DNA of 60,789 nt, the filler included, from Sluysia triapertura (taxonomy: Eukaryota), in the NCBI GenBank assembly GCA_046118255.1. It is 5 parts of 5 records of this genome, joined end to end, with 100 filler letters (N's around TTAATTAATTAA, not from the genome) between each part and the next. Parts side by side here need not be neighbours in the genome. Positions count along the whole stretch, not along the records: positions 1 to 12,720 come from JBJNIA010087132.1; positions 12,821 to 24,637 come from JBJNIA010167703.1; 3 more parts are not named here. One strand, given 5' to 3'. The notes under the pieces were generated by a model, which was given only the letters and a program-made list of their open reading frames with translations, was not told the origin of the DNA and made no database searches. Both the position numbers and the translations under genes were made by a program. Shown here piece after piece: positions 1 to 14,557 of this stretch (within the stretch, counting starts at the first letter, position 1; each line of letters opens with the position of its first letter).

Positions 1-1848
1 TTACCTCCACTATCTTTCTTAATATTGCTTATAACACTAGCCCTTAAGTGTATAAGTCTAGGGTTATAAGGGACTCACGTAAAAAATTAAAAAGATTTAA
101 GTTTTTAAAACAACAATTTCACATTATAACAAAACTATTGAAATCGTTACAGCATAGTTAAAGTCGAAGTAGTTTCAAATTGAAATATATTCGTTTTATA
201 TTTGTTGTTAATTCATGTAATGTATCATGATTACAGTCATCACATTATTTGCATTGAAATATCTTTTCAAAATAATGGCTTCTTGATTTATTATTATTTA
301 TTATTCATTAATAACCTAAATAAAATAATTATCATTATCTGCCATACAACTATAATTACGAGGTTCAGCTGTCCGCATAATACTGCCTTTTGCTAAATAT
401 GTATCTACATGTCTAACAGATTCCGTAGAACCCGGAAAAAGTTGTCCTTCTGGAGACAAAATTGTAGCTTTCAGCAAAATTTCAAAATGTGTTCAAAATT
501 TTATAATTTTTAAAATAAATAATTTGTAATCTTAAATTATTTATTTTGTATTTAAAAAACTTCAAATGGAATTAGCGTATAAATCACGTTAAATCTGCCG
601 AGCACTATTGAATGATATTCATAAATAAAATACTTTGCGTATCTCCATGTAGATCTGTATAAAAATTTTTTCATTTATTGTTTTTAAAAAAGAAATAAAA
701 ATCATAAAAAATTAATCTTATGATTAGAAACGTGACTCCTTGCTTTAAGTCATACGATAATTCATATAAAACTTTTTCTCTTTCTTTATCAAAGTATACC
801 TACTATATATATAGTGATGGCCAAATTTTTAGACTAAAACAGGAAAAATATGTTTCTCGATGACCGGAGAAATTAAACAAAGAAATTAGTTAGTTCATTT
901 TTCTAAGTACCATTAATACTTCTGTAAAATCAACAGATTTATTTTTATAAATCTTTTGGAACCATTTAAGGGTTCTACGTAAAATATCAATTAAAATCAT
1001 TTTTCTTTGAAGGAATTAACTTGATTACAGTTAATTTCGCAAACTAATTTTTATTATCAATAATTAATCTACTGTTGTACGAATTTTTTATCTTATATCT
1101 TAATACACCTTCCCACAATAAAATTTTTGTTATTAATTATAATTTTAGTATTAATTCTATTTAAAAGAATTATACGATTTTATAGTTATAAAATACTAAA
1201 ATTAATACTTACTTTACACTTCTCAGAAAATTTATTCGGAATACGTAAAATCAATTATTTGATAATCCTCTTTAAAAAGGATTCTTCGTAAAATATAAAT
1301 TCATTAAACCTTTATAAAAATATATTAAAATACATTAAGTTTTCTTAAATCTATCATAAGTCCCAATTAAACAATAAAGAAATAAGAAATCAATTCGATT
1401 ACGACGTCTATAAGTCCGGTAAGTACAGTTAACCTCCTATAGTTGTTTTCTTCTAAGAAATCCGATAAGACTAGACATGTTGATGAACTCACATTCACAT
1501 CTTTATTTTGAGAAAAAATACAATAAAAATCTCACATTCCTTTACTTTAATTGACTGTTAAAAACAATTTATGAATAAAAGTTTAATTACATTAATATTT
1601 GTTATTCGGTAGTTTGTAGCTCATTTTGATGATATCTAATCAATTTTTCAAAATATGAAAGTTGTGACACATTATGATAATGCATATTAAAAAACATATT
1701 ATTTGAATTTTCTGAAGAATAAGATAATTATATAAGATCCTCTAACTTTCTAGCAATTAAGATATATATACGGTATGTTTAAGAGTAAGAAAATCGAAAG
1801 TTACATTTCTCTATTTGTTATTTTGTTACGGAAACGTCCACTTTATGT

Positions 1849-1908
1849 TGTAATCGGACCCTGTTCAATTTTATTTTGTTGTAGGTTAAGTGTTAAGAAA
1901 ACCACAGC
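1849..1908 (+). repeat. Dispersed retroposon 3'-end repeat, copy 1 of 6
   Basis: Consensus CTGTAACCGGACCCTGCTCAATTTTATTTTGCCATAGGTTAAG.GTTAGAAAAACCACAGC. Confidence 0.8.
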
Positions 1909-4793
1909 AATATACTTAAATTAGAGTATTAAGATTTTTCTTAATACGAAACTGTAATTTTAATAATTATTTTAGAGGTATTATCGCTAATTAATAGTTT
2001 AAATTAATTAATTAATTTAAATTAATTAATAATTTACCTGGAATTTTAAATCCTTGTTTTAACTAAGAAAGAAACCTGCATATGCAAATTTAAGGTTGAG
2101 AGTGCAAGATCAGTATGGATGTCAAAATTGTTCCAGTTTACAGAGTTATAGAAATTAGTAGAGCGATGATTCAATAACTGTATCAGTTTCGAAGAACCAA
2201 ATAGTGGTATAAACTTTAACTTTTGATAAGGAGTGAATACAAAATAAATTTCTAACAATGGAGGATGATCAAGTAATTACATAATGACTTTAGGATAATT
2301 TAGCAGCTATAAAATTTTTGATAATTTTTGTTTGATAAGGAATACGCCGAATACTCAACGAACAATGTTCATAATACTCCTACAAATCGGTTTGAGTCAC
2401 TGCACTGATATATGTGTCATTAAAGCATCTCAGTTTAATCTATTGTATTTATTAGCGTATTTTAAAATTTGCTGAGTATTTTCCTTATAAACTCAAAATC
2501 AAATGGTTAAGAATGGGTTCACTTACGTTCCACGGTTTAAGCTTAATTCTACGTAAGATTTCTAATACATAAAGATAACTTTTGAACGAGAGTCATAATA
2601 GTAACTAATTTCTCTCTTAATTTTATTCCTGCGTAATTAGGCTTATTCTGTTAATGTTCTCTTAATATTATAAATCATATGCAACTTTTAATTTAATTTC
2701 TTTATTATTTAAACTAATAAAACCCTTGTACGACAAACTTATTGGAATTTCTTTTTATTCTCAACTCTTTAAGTGCAATAACAAGGAATATTTATTTAAA
2801 TTCTTTATTTCTAACTCATTTTGAACTCTTTATAGCTCAAACAATTAGCGTATTATCTGAATTCGACAAATTCTTTATGAAGTTTAATCGAATTATTTTT
2901 ATAAAATTCAATGCTATTTATGAAAATATTATTATTTAATTAATTACTTTCAAATGTTCACTTGACAACAAAAGACTTAATACATTATGAAAGTTTATTA
3001 TATAACAAAATGGAATAAAAAGAAATACTCTAGAAATACGTCAACTGACTATTTTTAAGAACCCTTACGACAAATTCTACGTATACAATGAACAATCAAA
3101 AGACATAAGTCTTTTTACAAAAAATTATAATTATCAAATTATAAAATATTATTAAAATTTCTTTTAATATTTATAGAAATGTTAAATCAATATTATTATG
3201 ATCTAGAACAAATTTTAATAAGTTTATTTTTCAATTAAAAGAAATTAACTTACGATTAACCACAGATCATCGAAATTATAAAAATATTTTATGATTTATG
3301 AATCAAATGATTAAGTCTTCTTAAAACACTAGAATGTGGTTTGGTAATAAGAATTGCTCGAATAAATATTTGCCTATGATGTTGACCATAATGTACAGAT
3401 GTTACTTTTGTAAAATACCGTAGAACTCTAATGTTGTATTTCTATAATTCTATTTTTTGTGTTCAGTAAATTATTGTTTTTTTATTTATTTTAGATTTAT
3501 TGTAGATCTTTCCCTAATAACTTTGGAAAATCTGAGATTAGTATTATTATCATTATAAATAATAATTATTTATTTTGGGTCAAAATTTGGTAGCAGCTGT
3601 TATTTTTTATTATTTTATTGTTTTTAGACTATCNNNNNNNNNNNNNNNNNNNNNNNNNNNNNNNNNNNNNNNNNNNNNNNNNNNNNNNNNNNNNNNNNNN
3701 NNNNNNNNNNNNNNNNNNNNNNNNNNNNNNNNNNNNNNNNNNNNNNNNNNNNNNNNNNNNNAACGATTTTTTTATTAGAACCAGATCAATTTGCGTGTCC
3801 TGACAAAAGCTTTAAATTCTTTTTATTTTCATTCTTTCTTCACAATGGATGTGACACCCTCAAAACAAATAATTAATACTCGATATGGACGCCACATCCT
3901 TTTGTCGATAAATATATTTTTTTCCATGGTTGTCCTTATGTTGAATTTGACATTAATATTATTATTAATACTAATTATTATATATTGTCATTATTTTTCA
4001 ATTGTTTATTATAATTATTACCTAATTATTATTGTGATTATTACATTAGGTCTTAGGACTCGACAGGTTAATAATATTAATCAGTATAAACATTTGACAC
4101 ATGCTTTATTAAACTTTATTTTTTAATGTCTAAAATATGTTCAATTTCCATTTTACAATTAAATAGCACAACATAATTGACATTAAAATGCTATTAAAGT
4201 GACGATTTGTAGTTTCTGTTAGGATAAATCAATCACAAACAACTGAAATATCAAATACATTTTCTGTAAACTTTTAATAATTTTATTGAATTATTTACGA
4301 CACAAAATAAATCAATATGAAAACATTTTCCGAAAACTACAGAGATAAAATATAATTCATTATATATATTATTATTACTTTGAAATTAATTTTAATTATA
4401 AAATATCTTAGTGAAAATAAACACCGTATAAATCCTAATAAAAACTGCTTTTCGATTTAAGAAGTATATAGCATTTTAAAAAAAATATTTACTCAAATTC
4501 CACAATATCACTTAAAATAACAAGTTAAAGGAATATTTTTCATTTTAAATTTTATTATTAGTAAATTTTATAAATTTTCAAATTGGAGTTAGAAAGATTA
4601 AAAGTTAATTGATAAAAATTTAAATATTTTAACTTCGAAAAGTTAAACTTTCAAAATGTTAAAAAACAAATTAAATGATCATGGTGATCATGACAGTTAA
4701 TAGATTAATATTGCTTTTACATATAAATCATTAATTTTTTCAATCGAGATTGAATTAAAATATTCTTCAATTTTTGTGTGACAAATAACATTA

Positions 4794-4829
<36 letters not shown>

Positions 4830-5686
4830 CATAATTATTATCATAATTATCATAATTTTACAATTGTGGCTGATAAAATCAGTTAATGTTTTAAGATTGT
4901 CTTATTTAAGAAGTAAATAAATAATTTTGTAAAGATCTTATTTCAGCTATGTTAATAGATATAATATTTAATATAAGATTTGTTTATATATATGTATACA
5001 TAGATAAAAATTATCGTACATAACCGGCGGTGTCTATATCAATATTTATCTTTTCATCTAATTTTCTTTGGTAAACAATAAATAATTAACTAAAAAATTT
5101 AAGATAAACGTTGACAAAATATCCGTCTTTTTATTGCTACTGATATTACTTGATTTTACATTATTTTTTATTTATTTTAAATTATTAATAATTATTTTAT
5201 TATTAAATTATTTTAATTCATTTTTAACATTGACCAATAAGAATGTAAAAATATCATCAATATTTCCATCAATAAATATTTTCATTTTGGTATTTCATGA
5301 ATTATAAACTGTTTTTAATAAGCATGTAATGAAATAAAATTATTTTTTCTAAATATTAAAGATGTATTAAAGCGAAAGGTATTATTCATTGTTAAATTAA
5401 TATATCAGGGCAACGAAAATAAAAATTTTAATTGAAATATATATATTCAATTCGATTATTTTAATTGAATTATTTCAATGTTTCAATATAAAAATTATGA
5501 AAATTAACAAATTTTATTTTAAATAATTTAATCACAATTATCTCTAAAGTATGATATAGAGTAAAATTTATATATCTGGAATTTTATATACCATATTTCT
5601 AATGTTTCCAAGATCAGATAAACAAAACGTTCATTTAAAAAAATTTCTCTTAATATTCTGTCACGAAATTAAAAATAAGTATTCAA

Positions 5687-5745
5687 TGTGGCTTTCTTAA
5701 CTTTAAACCTACGACAAAATAAAATTGAGCGGGATCCGGTTACAG
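5687..5745 (-). repeat. Dispersed retroposon 3'-end repeat, copy 2
   Basis: Reverse-complement match to the same consensus. Confidence 0.75.
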
Positions 5746-7326
5746 TGTGTAACTTGTGATATGAAGTGTTAGTATATGTAATATTTTAACTATCTATCAA
5801 TATGCAATGTATTTTTGAGAGTCTAATCTGAAAACTTACTTTAATTTTTAAACTCATTCAATTTGTTTATTGACCTTTTCAGTACTACTTTTATTTAAAT
5901 TCAAAAGATTATATTAAAAACACAATATTTATTTTTATTAAAATAAAAATAAAATTTAATTGCACGTATAAAGGAAGAGATACTTAGACTGTGGCGGTCC
6001 AGCTTACACCTACACATCAATCATAACACTCATCGACATAAACCTCATTACAAAAGATTACATTATGACAAGTCTCATCTATATCATTTACAACAGCACA
6101 ACACTCATTCTTATAAAATCTCAGATGCCTAATAAAGTCTTTTTTGCTAACATTTTCAGATCAAAATAAAACACAAGGCATTGTCGTCTTGCCATCATTA
6201 AGATTCATTACCTTTTTACCTGTATATTATAACCTTTTTATTTTATATCCTTATACATTTTATAATCTTCTTTTATAATTCCTTTCTGGCAAAAAGTAAT
6301 GCAACAAATATCAAGGAAATGTCTAAGACTGTTTGCATTGCTACAAAATGATTTCTGCTATGATAACCTATTTGATAATGCAATATTTAATCACAATGAT
6401 ATTAATGCACACGTACACAATAACAATATCTAAATAACAATTTTAATACTTTTGTATAATTTCGAAAATGCATTAACATATTTTAAGGACGTCAAATATT
6501 TCATTAATCGGTTTAGTATTTCAATAACTCTTAATATTAATGTTTGTAAAGACTTTCACTTTTTTAAAAGTTTAGTAGTTTTACTAAAAAATGCTGCATT
6601 ATCGTAATCTTTAATATTGATGTAAAGATTTTAAAGTTTTTAAGGATGTTAATAAATTTTATTTATTGCATTATTTTCTCTATTATTATATATTAAGTAT
6701 AATATTTTATTTATAAATGTGTTTCAGCAGTTGTTATTGTAGCATTGACATTAATAGAATCATTACGCAACATAAATTCCAAATAATGTCAATTAACGTC
6801 ACCGTCCTCGATGTGTAATATAATCTACTTTAACAATATGTTCCATATTTATCCTAATGATATTACTATTGAGACTATTAGAAACTTCAGCTCTGTTGTT
6901 AAATTATCATTCCAAATATTTTTCGGATCTAGATCTAAGTCGTAGTTTTTGAAATTTTATTAAAACCTGAATCAAATATTAACAAAAAATATATTGGGAA
7001 ATTTTAAAAATAAATAATTGTTTTATTTTTTCAAATTTAATGTCTGATAATATGTATGTTAAAGTTCATATAGATTATAAATAATTGTTATAAATATGCC
7101 TATTCAATTTGATTTTGAAAGAATAATTTATTAGTTTTGATTTTGTTTTAAAGTGCAATTTTTGTAATGTACTTTATGCTTCATTTTGATGCTCATTAAT
7201 TATTTTGATTATTCGCATAGAAGAAATAATAAAAATCAACGTCAAATTCAAATAACAGAGATGACATTAGCTTCATTAGTAATTAATAATTACAATTAGT
7301 AATTAATTGATAGAATAAGCCAAAAG

Positions 7327-8202
7327 TTGTTATTGACAAGCCAATACACTACGGGATCTCCAGCAATCGGTGAGTTATTCGATATAAATGAATTATCAGT
7401 TACAGGTATAGCATTTACCAGAAAAGCAAAATTCCACAAAGGTGGAATTGCTAAAGAATCCTTAACAATTAGTAAGTCATTAGACATAAATGAATTATCA
7501 GCTACAGGTTTAGTACCTATCCGAAAATTAAAATTCCATACATGTGGAGCTACCTTTGGAACTGTTCTCAGAAGTTTATTCTCACTCATTAAGAAGAGTC
7601 ATTGTATCTGTTATATGTTTTTTATGTTGATTGTTTCGATTTGTCATATACGCGTAAAATGTTTTCAGATTAAAGACTTTTATGTTTACAAGCACTTTTA
7701 TGGTAAATATTGTCAGTTGAATGAATCTGTGAGTTTTACTTGTGCTGTAAGGAGAAACGTTACACTTAAAATTGTTGTTCGCATTGATAAAGTAACTCAC
7801 CTATGTAAATCAGAAGATTTAATCCTGTACGATAAGGGAGATGCAAGTAGTGGTTTAGAGAGGCTAGATAGTTCGACCTTGATATTTACGTGTCGAGTGG
7901 AAGGTTTGAAGCGGAGTCGAAACGCAGCTCCGTATTGTTCTGTGTCGCGTTTGAGGTCGAGTGTCTGTAATAATTTTGAAATAATTGTGTATAGTGTATA
8001 TTTGAAATTAACCTTGCATTACATACCAAGTAATAATGTTCTTGCTCTAAAGAGAATTCCAGGCTACATAGTTAGTGGAATCTATCGATTGCATAGAATT
8101 GTTTATTTAAGTTCTGTAATTAATTTCCTAATGAGCAACCAAGTCAAACAGGAATATTACTTTCTTGGTATCGATGGTGAGTCATTAGACCTACAAGTTT
8201 AA
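7327..8202 (+). CDS. Hypothetical protein (291-codon open frame; first ATG at 7615)
   Basis: Unusually long stop-free frame for DNA this AT-rich, with an internal 102-bp duplication (7384/7486). No recognisable family, and the coding strand is uncertain. Confidence 0.3.
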   Translation: MLLTSQYTTGSPAIGELFDINELSVTGIAFTRKAKFHKGGIAKESLTISKSLDINELSATGLVPIRKLKFHTCGATFGTVLRSLFSLIKKSHCICYMFFMLIVSICHIRVKCFQIKDFYVYKHFYGKYCQLNESVSFTCAVRRNVTLKIVVRIDKVTHLCKSEDLILYDKGDASSGLERLDSSTLIFTCRVEGLKRSRNAAPYCSVSRLRSSVCNNFEIIVYSVYLKLTLHYIPSNNVLALKRIPGYIVSGIYRLHRIVYLSSVINFLMSNQVKQEYYFLGIDGESLDLQV

Positions 8203-11200
8203 AGTGTTGTTTTTCATTCAACTTCTGATTTGAATTTTAGTCTAATTTTCAATTTAAGTTTTGATCTAACATTTGATTTAAATTCTGGGATGTTTGTTTT
8301 GCTTGTTTACATTAATTACACGATGCATCGTTGTTACAATAATCTTACTTGCATGATGTATTCCCACAACCCGGTCATCGAACTAAACATTTTAAAAAAT
8401 TCTGGTATTATGAAGTCGAATAGAGGAGGCACTCATATATAAAATAAATACGTCCATAAAGGACTAAACATTGCCGAGATTTGTTTTAACCACTTTATTG
8501 TTCGTCCTGAATACAATAATCCTTTTATTTTCGTGTTTTATCATATAGGTGTAAATTTTTATCACTAGTTTAACATTTCAAATGATTTTGAAGATAAAAG
8601 GATGAACAAAAATAATAATTACAACGCAAACGGACGAATTCATCGAGGCCGGCATAGGGTTTTAAATAATTTTAAAATCCATTATAAATCTTAAACTTAT
8701 TTATTCGAAATGAATTGAATTAAATTTATTTCAAAAATAAATTAAAAATTTTTTTAACGACTTGTATTATAATATAAATTTTCAAACTTAGCAAATGACA
8801 CAATCTTACATAATTCAACAATACATCGGTTGATTGATACGTGAGATTTAAATCTTAATAAATGTATAAAATGATATCCTAAAAAAACTAAATTCATAAT
8901 ATAACATAAATATAATATTAAATAATTTGAAATATTATAATTATAAATTGAAATTTATTTATTTTTATCTTCATATTCTGATAAGCTTAGAAAATTAATT
9001 ATAACTAATGTGCATTAAAAGAACTTCGAAATATTTCAGTAAGTGGCACAAAACACTTTGAAATACGAGTCAACATAAGAAGAGAAGAAAACAGGATGTA
9101 GGTTATGCTGTCGACAATGTACCTTACCAAAAGCTAAAGACCAAATTAGAAGAGTGCAGAGAAAAATTAACAAAAAAAGATTTTATAGAAAGAAATTGGA
9201 AAATTAATTGACCACAAAAAGTTATGTTTAGAAAATAAACACATAATCTTTAAAGTAAAATCTTTATTTAAAAAATTATTTTCCTGATATCAGAAATTTG
9301 AATATTTGTGGAAAAGCTAATTAATTTTCTATCAGTTAATTTTTTGAGTTGAGAAAATAGATCAGCATTCTATTTTTACTAACTGAGACGAGTTATAAGA
9401 ATTCACCTGCATGATATAACCTACTAATTTAATGATTTTGGAAAGCTCTATAAAGTAAAAATTATGTTACGATGTTTTTGTATTTTTCTTAAATAAAAAT
9501 TGATTTTTTTGCCAGTTTTTTTCAATAAAAGTTGTATATTCACAATCTTAGAGGTTTTCTTTAATCAACAATTGTTATTCTTTATTTCTTTAACTTTTTA
9601 CTAATTACATAAATTAAAAAAAATTGCTAATTACAAATGTAATAATAAATTATTAAAAAATCAATTATAATAACAAGATATAACAAATTATTCTAAGTAG
9701 AATCACTTCTGGTTCTTTTCAATAATTTTAACAAATGATTTTATGTTTAGCCTAAACTAAACTTGTAATTGGAGATTTTGTAAAAGATTTTATATTTCCT
9801 AACGGAAATTTTAACAGATAACTTTTAAAAATCAAATCCAATCGAATGCTACTGGAACTAAATTGGAGACATTAACTGGAATGAAAACCAAGAGAACGTT
9901 AAATCGCTTAACCACTAAAATTAGTCAATTAGTTTTCAAAAGAAATAGTCTCTAATTCCTTGTAATTTTAATTATCCAGTCTTTCACTTGTGACTAAAAT
10001 TTTAACAGTGACTCTATTTTATATTACCAGTAGGTGAGTTTATTTTTATATTATTAATTATTTATTTTAGACAACATCTGACTAATATTCAATAGGTTAT
10101 TTCAGTTTTCTTAATTATTATTCATTTATTTTTCATTCAGGTCATTTAAGGTTAATTTATTTTTATTATTATTATTATTATTATCATTTATTATTTTATT
10201 CTTTAGGCACTAATTGAATATCAGTCCTGAAAATTACAATAACCGATATACTAGTAACATATTTTAACATATACATACTTTTTATGACTTCTATTTCTTA
10301 AAACATATCAACAACTGCCCATAACAATTTATACTCAATACCACATATTATCTACTATCAACAATCATAACAATGTTAACAATACGCTCATTTACATTTT
10401 CATTTTTATAATAAGCTAAAATATAATATTTTTATTTTAATTTAAAATGTTTTTGTTTTTTTTTCAACTTTTGTTATTACCGTCATTTTTTTATTGTTCC
10501 TGAACTTAAAGAATGCCTAAGAATAATAATTCAGATCAGCAAAATCTGTATAAGCAAGGATATCGGGTTTGTGTTTCAAATAAAAATTCCAAGTTTAGAA
10601 TATTGCTATTTTTTGGACAATTTTATAAATTTATCTAATCAATTTCTTTTGTATCATTCACACGTCTTTAAGATTATGTGTAATTATCAAACCATTGATT
10701 TCCACTTTATGATAGTGTATTTGGTGATCTCAACATATTGCTACTGGACATTAATTGGATGTTTGTAATTCACTTTCTCTTCCAGTTTTAATTGTCGATC
10801 ATTTAACTGGATTTAGACAAGTTCATATTAAAACTGCAGGATCAACAAATATATAAGATTTAAAGCAATACTCAATGGTAACTAAGATTCATTTTGATAA
10901 AATCATCAAAATATGGAAGGGGTAGAATTAAAAGTTCGTTAATTTCACAAGCATTAGAGGGGTTACGTATTAGTGTTAAGCAATATAATGAAGCCTTTGT
11001 GGTTGTGTAAATTCCAGTTAAAGTGCGTTGTCATTCTACAACATGGTTAAAATAATATTCATAAGTAATTTTACATTAAAGAATTAATCAATTTTTAAAT
11101 TTGAAAATTTATACTTAAATGATAATACGTTTCGTTTATAACACTATTAATTATTAGTGTAATAAATAATAAAATTAATAATTAAACCATTATAAAAATC

Positions 11201-12649
11201 GTTACCTTAAAAGTAACCAATTACTTTGAAGCATTATGGTATTTGAAAACTATTTTAATTAAATGTATGCCGATGAAAAACACTGCTAAATTATTTTTTA
11301 ATGACAATTTTATTTCCATATTATCATTATCTGAAGATGAACAAGGTACAGTAACTAAAGAAAGAAAGGATTTCTGATAAAACTAGAATTTTTGAACAAA
11401 TCATGGTTTTCTAGATCAAATTCCAAGTAATTCTGATTTTCCCTTAAATCGTAATCGAAATTTATCAGTTTCATTGTCAAAAGAAGAAATAAAACCATTG
11501 AATTTAATAACAGCAGAATCCACACATTTAAAAATTTAATATTAGATGGTAAATCGGATTTGTATAAGCTACTCAAGAACTGTAAATTTAGTAATAATTC
11601 GACACAAGCAATTATAAATAATAATGTTTAAAATGAAACAATAAATTTCCAGAAATTAATCACTTTTTTTTGTATTATAAAAATGATACTTTTGGATCAC
11701 ATCTTCGAATAAAATCTGTGACATTTTTGTCCTACATTAAATTTTAAATAAAATAAAATGTTATTAAAAGTTTCAGAAAAATTTGACATTAATTCATATT
11801 ATTCAAGGAATAATTTTAAATTGATAAAAATAAATCTTAAAACCCCTAAATATCTACTTTAAAATTTGTTATCATTTTACTATTATTAATTTTATTATAT
11901 ATACTTTGCTTTTTTATATTATGGAGAAAATAATTTTGTAACACAAAACTTCTTGACTCAGTGAAACATGAAAACACTATCAATAATTTAAAAAATCAAT
12001 AATTGAATAAATCTTCATCTCGTATGATGAAATTATGTTACATATTGTTGTTGAAAATTTCGAAAAATAATATTAAAGATAATAATGATAATTTGCTGTT
12101 TTATTGATATTGTAGATATGTTCGTTATGAACATATGAACCTATTTTTTACGTTCTTAGTACTTAGCTAATTTGAACTTAAAAACAAAGCTGTCCCAGTT
12201 AACTCGGGCTTATGCATTAAGTGGTTAAGTAAATAGGTGTATCCATCTTTAAATGGAAACCTCATCATATCCAGTGCATTGACTTTTACAATTAAAATCT
12301 AGACAAATATGAAAATAATACAAATTAGGAATAATCGATTGTGCGAAAAAATTAATTTTTATACTGTTAATTATCAATAATTTCACAAAAGTTCAAATTT
12401 ATCCACTTTTCCATTTATGATTGCCACAAAAAATATGTTGAAATCATTGTAAAAAATAATTACTTTTTATGAAATAACACGCGTGGCATTTAATTTTGTA
12501 ATCCAATATAAATATCGCTTGTGATAATAAATTTTGATAGTGATTTTGTAACTTTTAATGGAATACATTTGTTCTAAGTTATAATTAATGTTACGTTTTA
12601 TTTTTAATTTGATGTTAAATTTTAGTTATTAAAAAATTTTCTAAATTAA

Positions 12650-12720
12650 CCCTTTGAGTGCCAGGAGCGCGATCGCGCTTGTTCGTTATTTTCACTTATT
12701 ATGTTGAAATTATAATATAT
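12650..12720. mobile_element. Possible piggyBac-type terminus truncated by the gap
   Basis: TTAA|CCCTTTGAGTGCCAGG followed by the palindrome AGCGCGATCGCGCT. Confidence 0.4.
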
Positions 12721-12820
12721 NNNNNNNNNNNNNNNNNNNNNNNNNNNNNNNNNNNNNNNNNNNNTTAATTAATTAANNNNNNNNNNNNNNNNNNNNNNNN
12801 NNNNNNNNNNNNNNNNNNNN
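12721..12820. other. Artificial scaffold spacer N44-TTAATTAATTAA-N44 (also 24638-24737, 35684-35783, 49776-49875)
   Basis: The same 100-bp structure occurs four times; the 12-mer has stops in all six frames. Confidence 0.95.
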
Positions 12821-13704
12821 CTCTTTCATGATTCTTATTTCAACAGTGTTCATAATACTTCATCTATTACTTCTCATCAATTCTTTCTTCATTTGTAGTT
12901 CTATATATCTTTTACTCGTCTCTTAATCCAAAGTTGGGCAATCCCAACAATATGTCAATATGTATTTTCATTAGATAATGTATGCGAGAAATTTTACATA
13001 ATGTTAATTGGAGAAAAATAAAAATCCATATTAATTATAATGCCCCAAATCGATTGTAACGTGATTAGTGAAGAAGCTCAGAAAATTGTTCCTAATATTT
13101 ACAGTGACGAAATTTCCATTTATCAGTGTGGCGGGCTTTTCAGTGTTTATAATTTCAATATTAAGAAAAATTTTATGAAGAAAACTTTTGATGTTAGTAT
13201 TCGGTAGGTTAACTTTAAAGAAATTTAATAACATTAACTTTAGTGAAAGTTTTTTTTTACTTTTTCATTAAAACAATCAACAATTGGCTCAGGTGTAATG
13301 TCTATAAATTTTAATCCAAACAATATAACTAAATTAATGAACGTTATATAAGCAACCAAAACCAAAGAATGAGTCAATGGTAGCTGCACCTTCGTAATGA
13401 GTTTAAAAAATAGTAGTAAACGTACGAATCAGAATGTATCTAAATACGCAAAGAGAAGTCGGTAAGAGATATTCAGAAATTTTGAAATTAGATACATATA
13501 AACTGAATATTACGAATGTCATATGTACTATGAAAAGAGCATAATTAATAAGTGATTGTACAAAATTAGATTTAGATGGATAACGTAATCCAATGTCTGT
13601 GAAACGTACATTTCGACGATGGTTACTAATTGCAATTCCAAGATCACTGCTGGCGTTCAATTTTGAATATAAAATGTTATTGTGGTTTTCATTATATGGG
13701 TACA

Positions 13705-14078
13705 TGTTAGGTTGCCATCACAATCATTAAAATTATCTAAAACATTAAAAATTTTAAAAATTACTTCAAAAATATTTAAAAACTATAAAACATTTATTTT
13801 CCAAAAAAGAAAATAAGCTTATAAAAATAGAATAGAAGCTTTTAGAATGTTATAGAACATTTCATCGATTTCCATTGGCTGATGACTAGTATATAAACTA
13901 GCATCAGCTCAATAGTTAACACAATTTACTATTTACAATTTATTATTTACAAGTCTTTATTCACAATATTATTATCATTTAGAATTCGTTATACACAAGT
14001 TAATAATTACAATTTGCAATTTCACTTTTAACAATTCTAGTATAATTATAATTTACGATTCGGACGGAGATTCCAACA
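13705..14078 (+). mobile_element. Solo-LTR-like repeat, copy 1
   Basis: TGTTAGGTTG...TCCAACA termini; ATTGG followed by TATATAAA inside an inverted repeat; homologous to the minus-strand copy ending at 39713. Confidence 0.55.
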
Positions 14079-14495
14079 ACAATTGCTGCAGAAGATTCGA
14101 GGATTTATAACACTAATTTAATCATTTCGTAAGATTTATTAATGGTAAGGCAGTTTCAATTTTAAATTGAAACGTAAAATCGACTTAAATTTAATTTTAA
14201 GGACCTTTCACGGCCCCGATCTAGTGAGGGGAACTTTCAATTTTCTAAAATTCTAAAGTAAAATTGAAGACCCTGAAGGATTTCGATTATAAAATAAAGT
14301 ATTTTTTTCTATCTTTTTATATATTTATATATACTTGTTAACCAGCATAGATTTCTGCAATATATATAATTATTGCATTTCTTTTTTTATTTAATTTGGA
14401 TAGATCGATTTTAAGAGACCCTCCAATTAGTTATCTTATTAAGTTTTTTAAATATTAGATTTCACTTGTGCCAACTACTAGTTGTAAGACACTTG

Positions 14496-14557
14496 CTGTA
14501 ACCGGACCCTGCTCAATTTTATTTTGCCATAGGTTTAGTAGTAAGAAAAACCACAGC
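14496..14557 (+). repeat. Dispersed retroposon 3'-end repeat, copy 3
   Basis: Near-consensus copy. Confidence 0.85.

Noticed and set aside
202-4126. Short Ile/Leu/Phe/Tyr-rich ORFs in the ORF track (202, 2742, 3575, 3618, 3791)
   Set aside because: Low-complexity AT-rich chance frames, or frames running through N gaps.
14496-14557. Spliced-leader RNA gene (AACC...AG|GT)
   Set aside because: No downstream Sm site; other copies are 5'-extended and ATT-tailed like retroposon ends.
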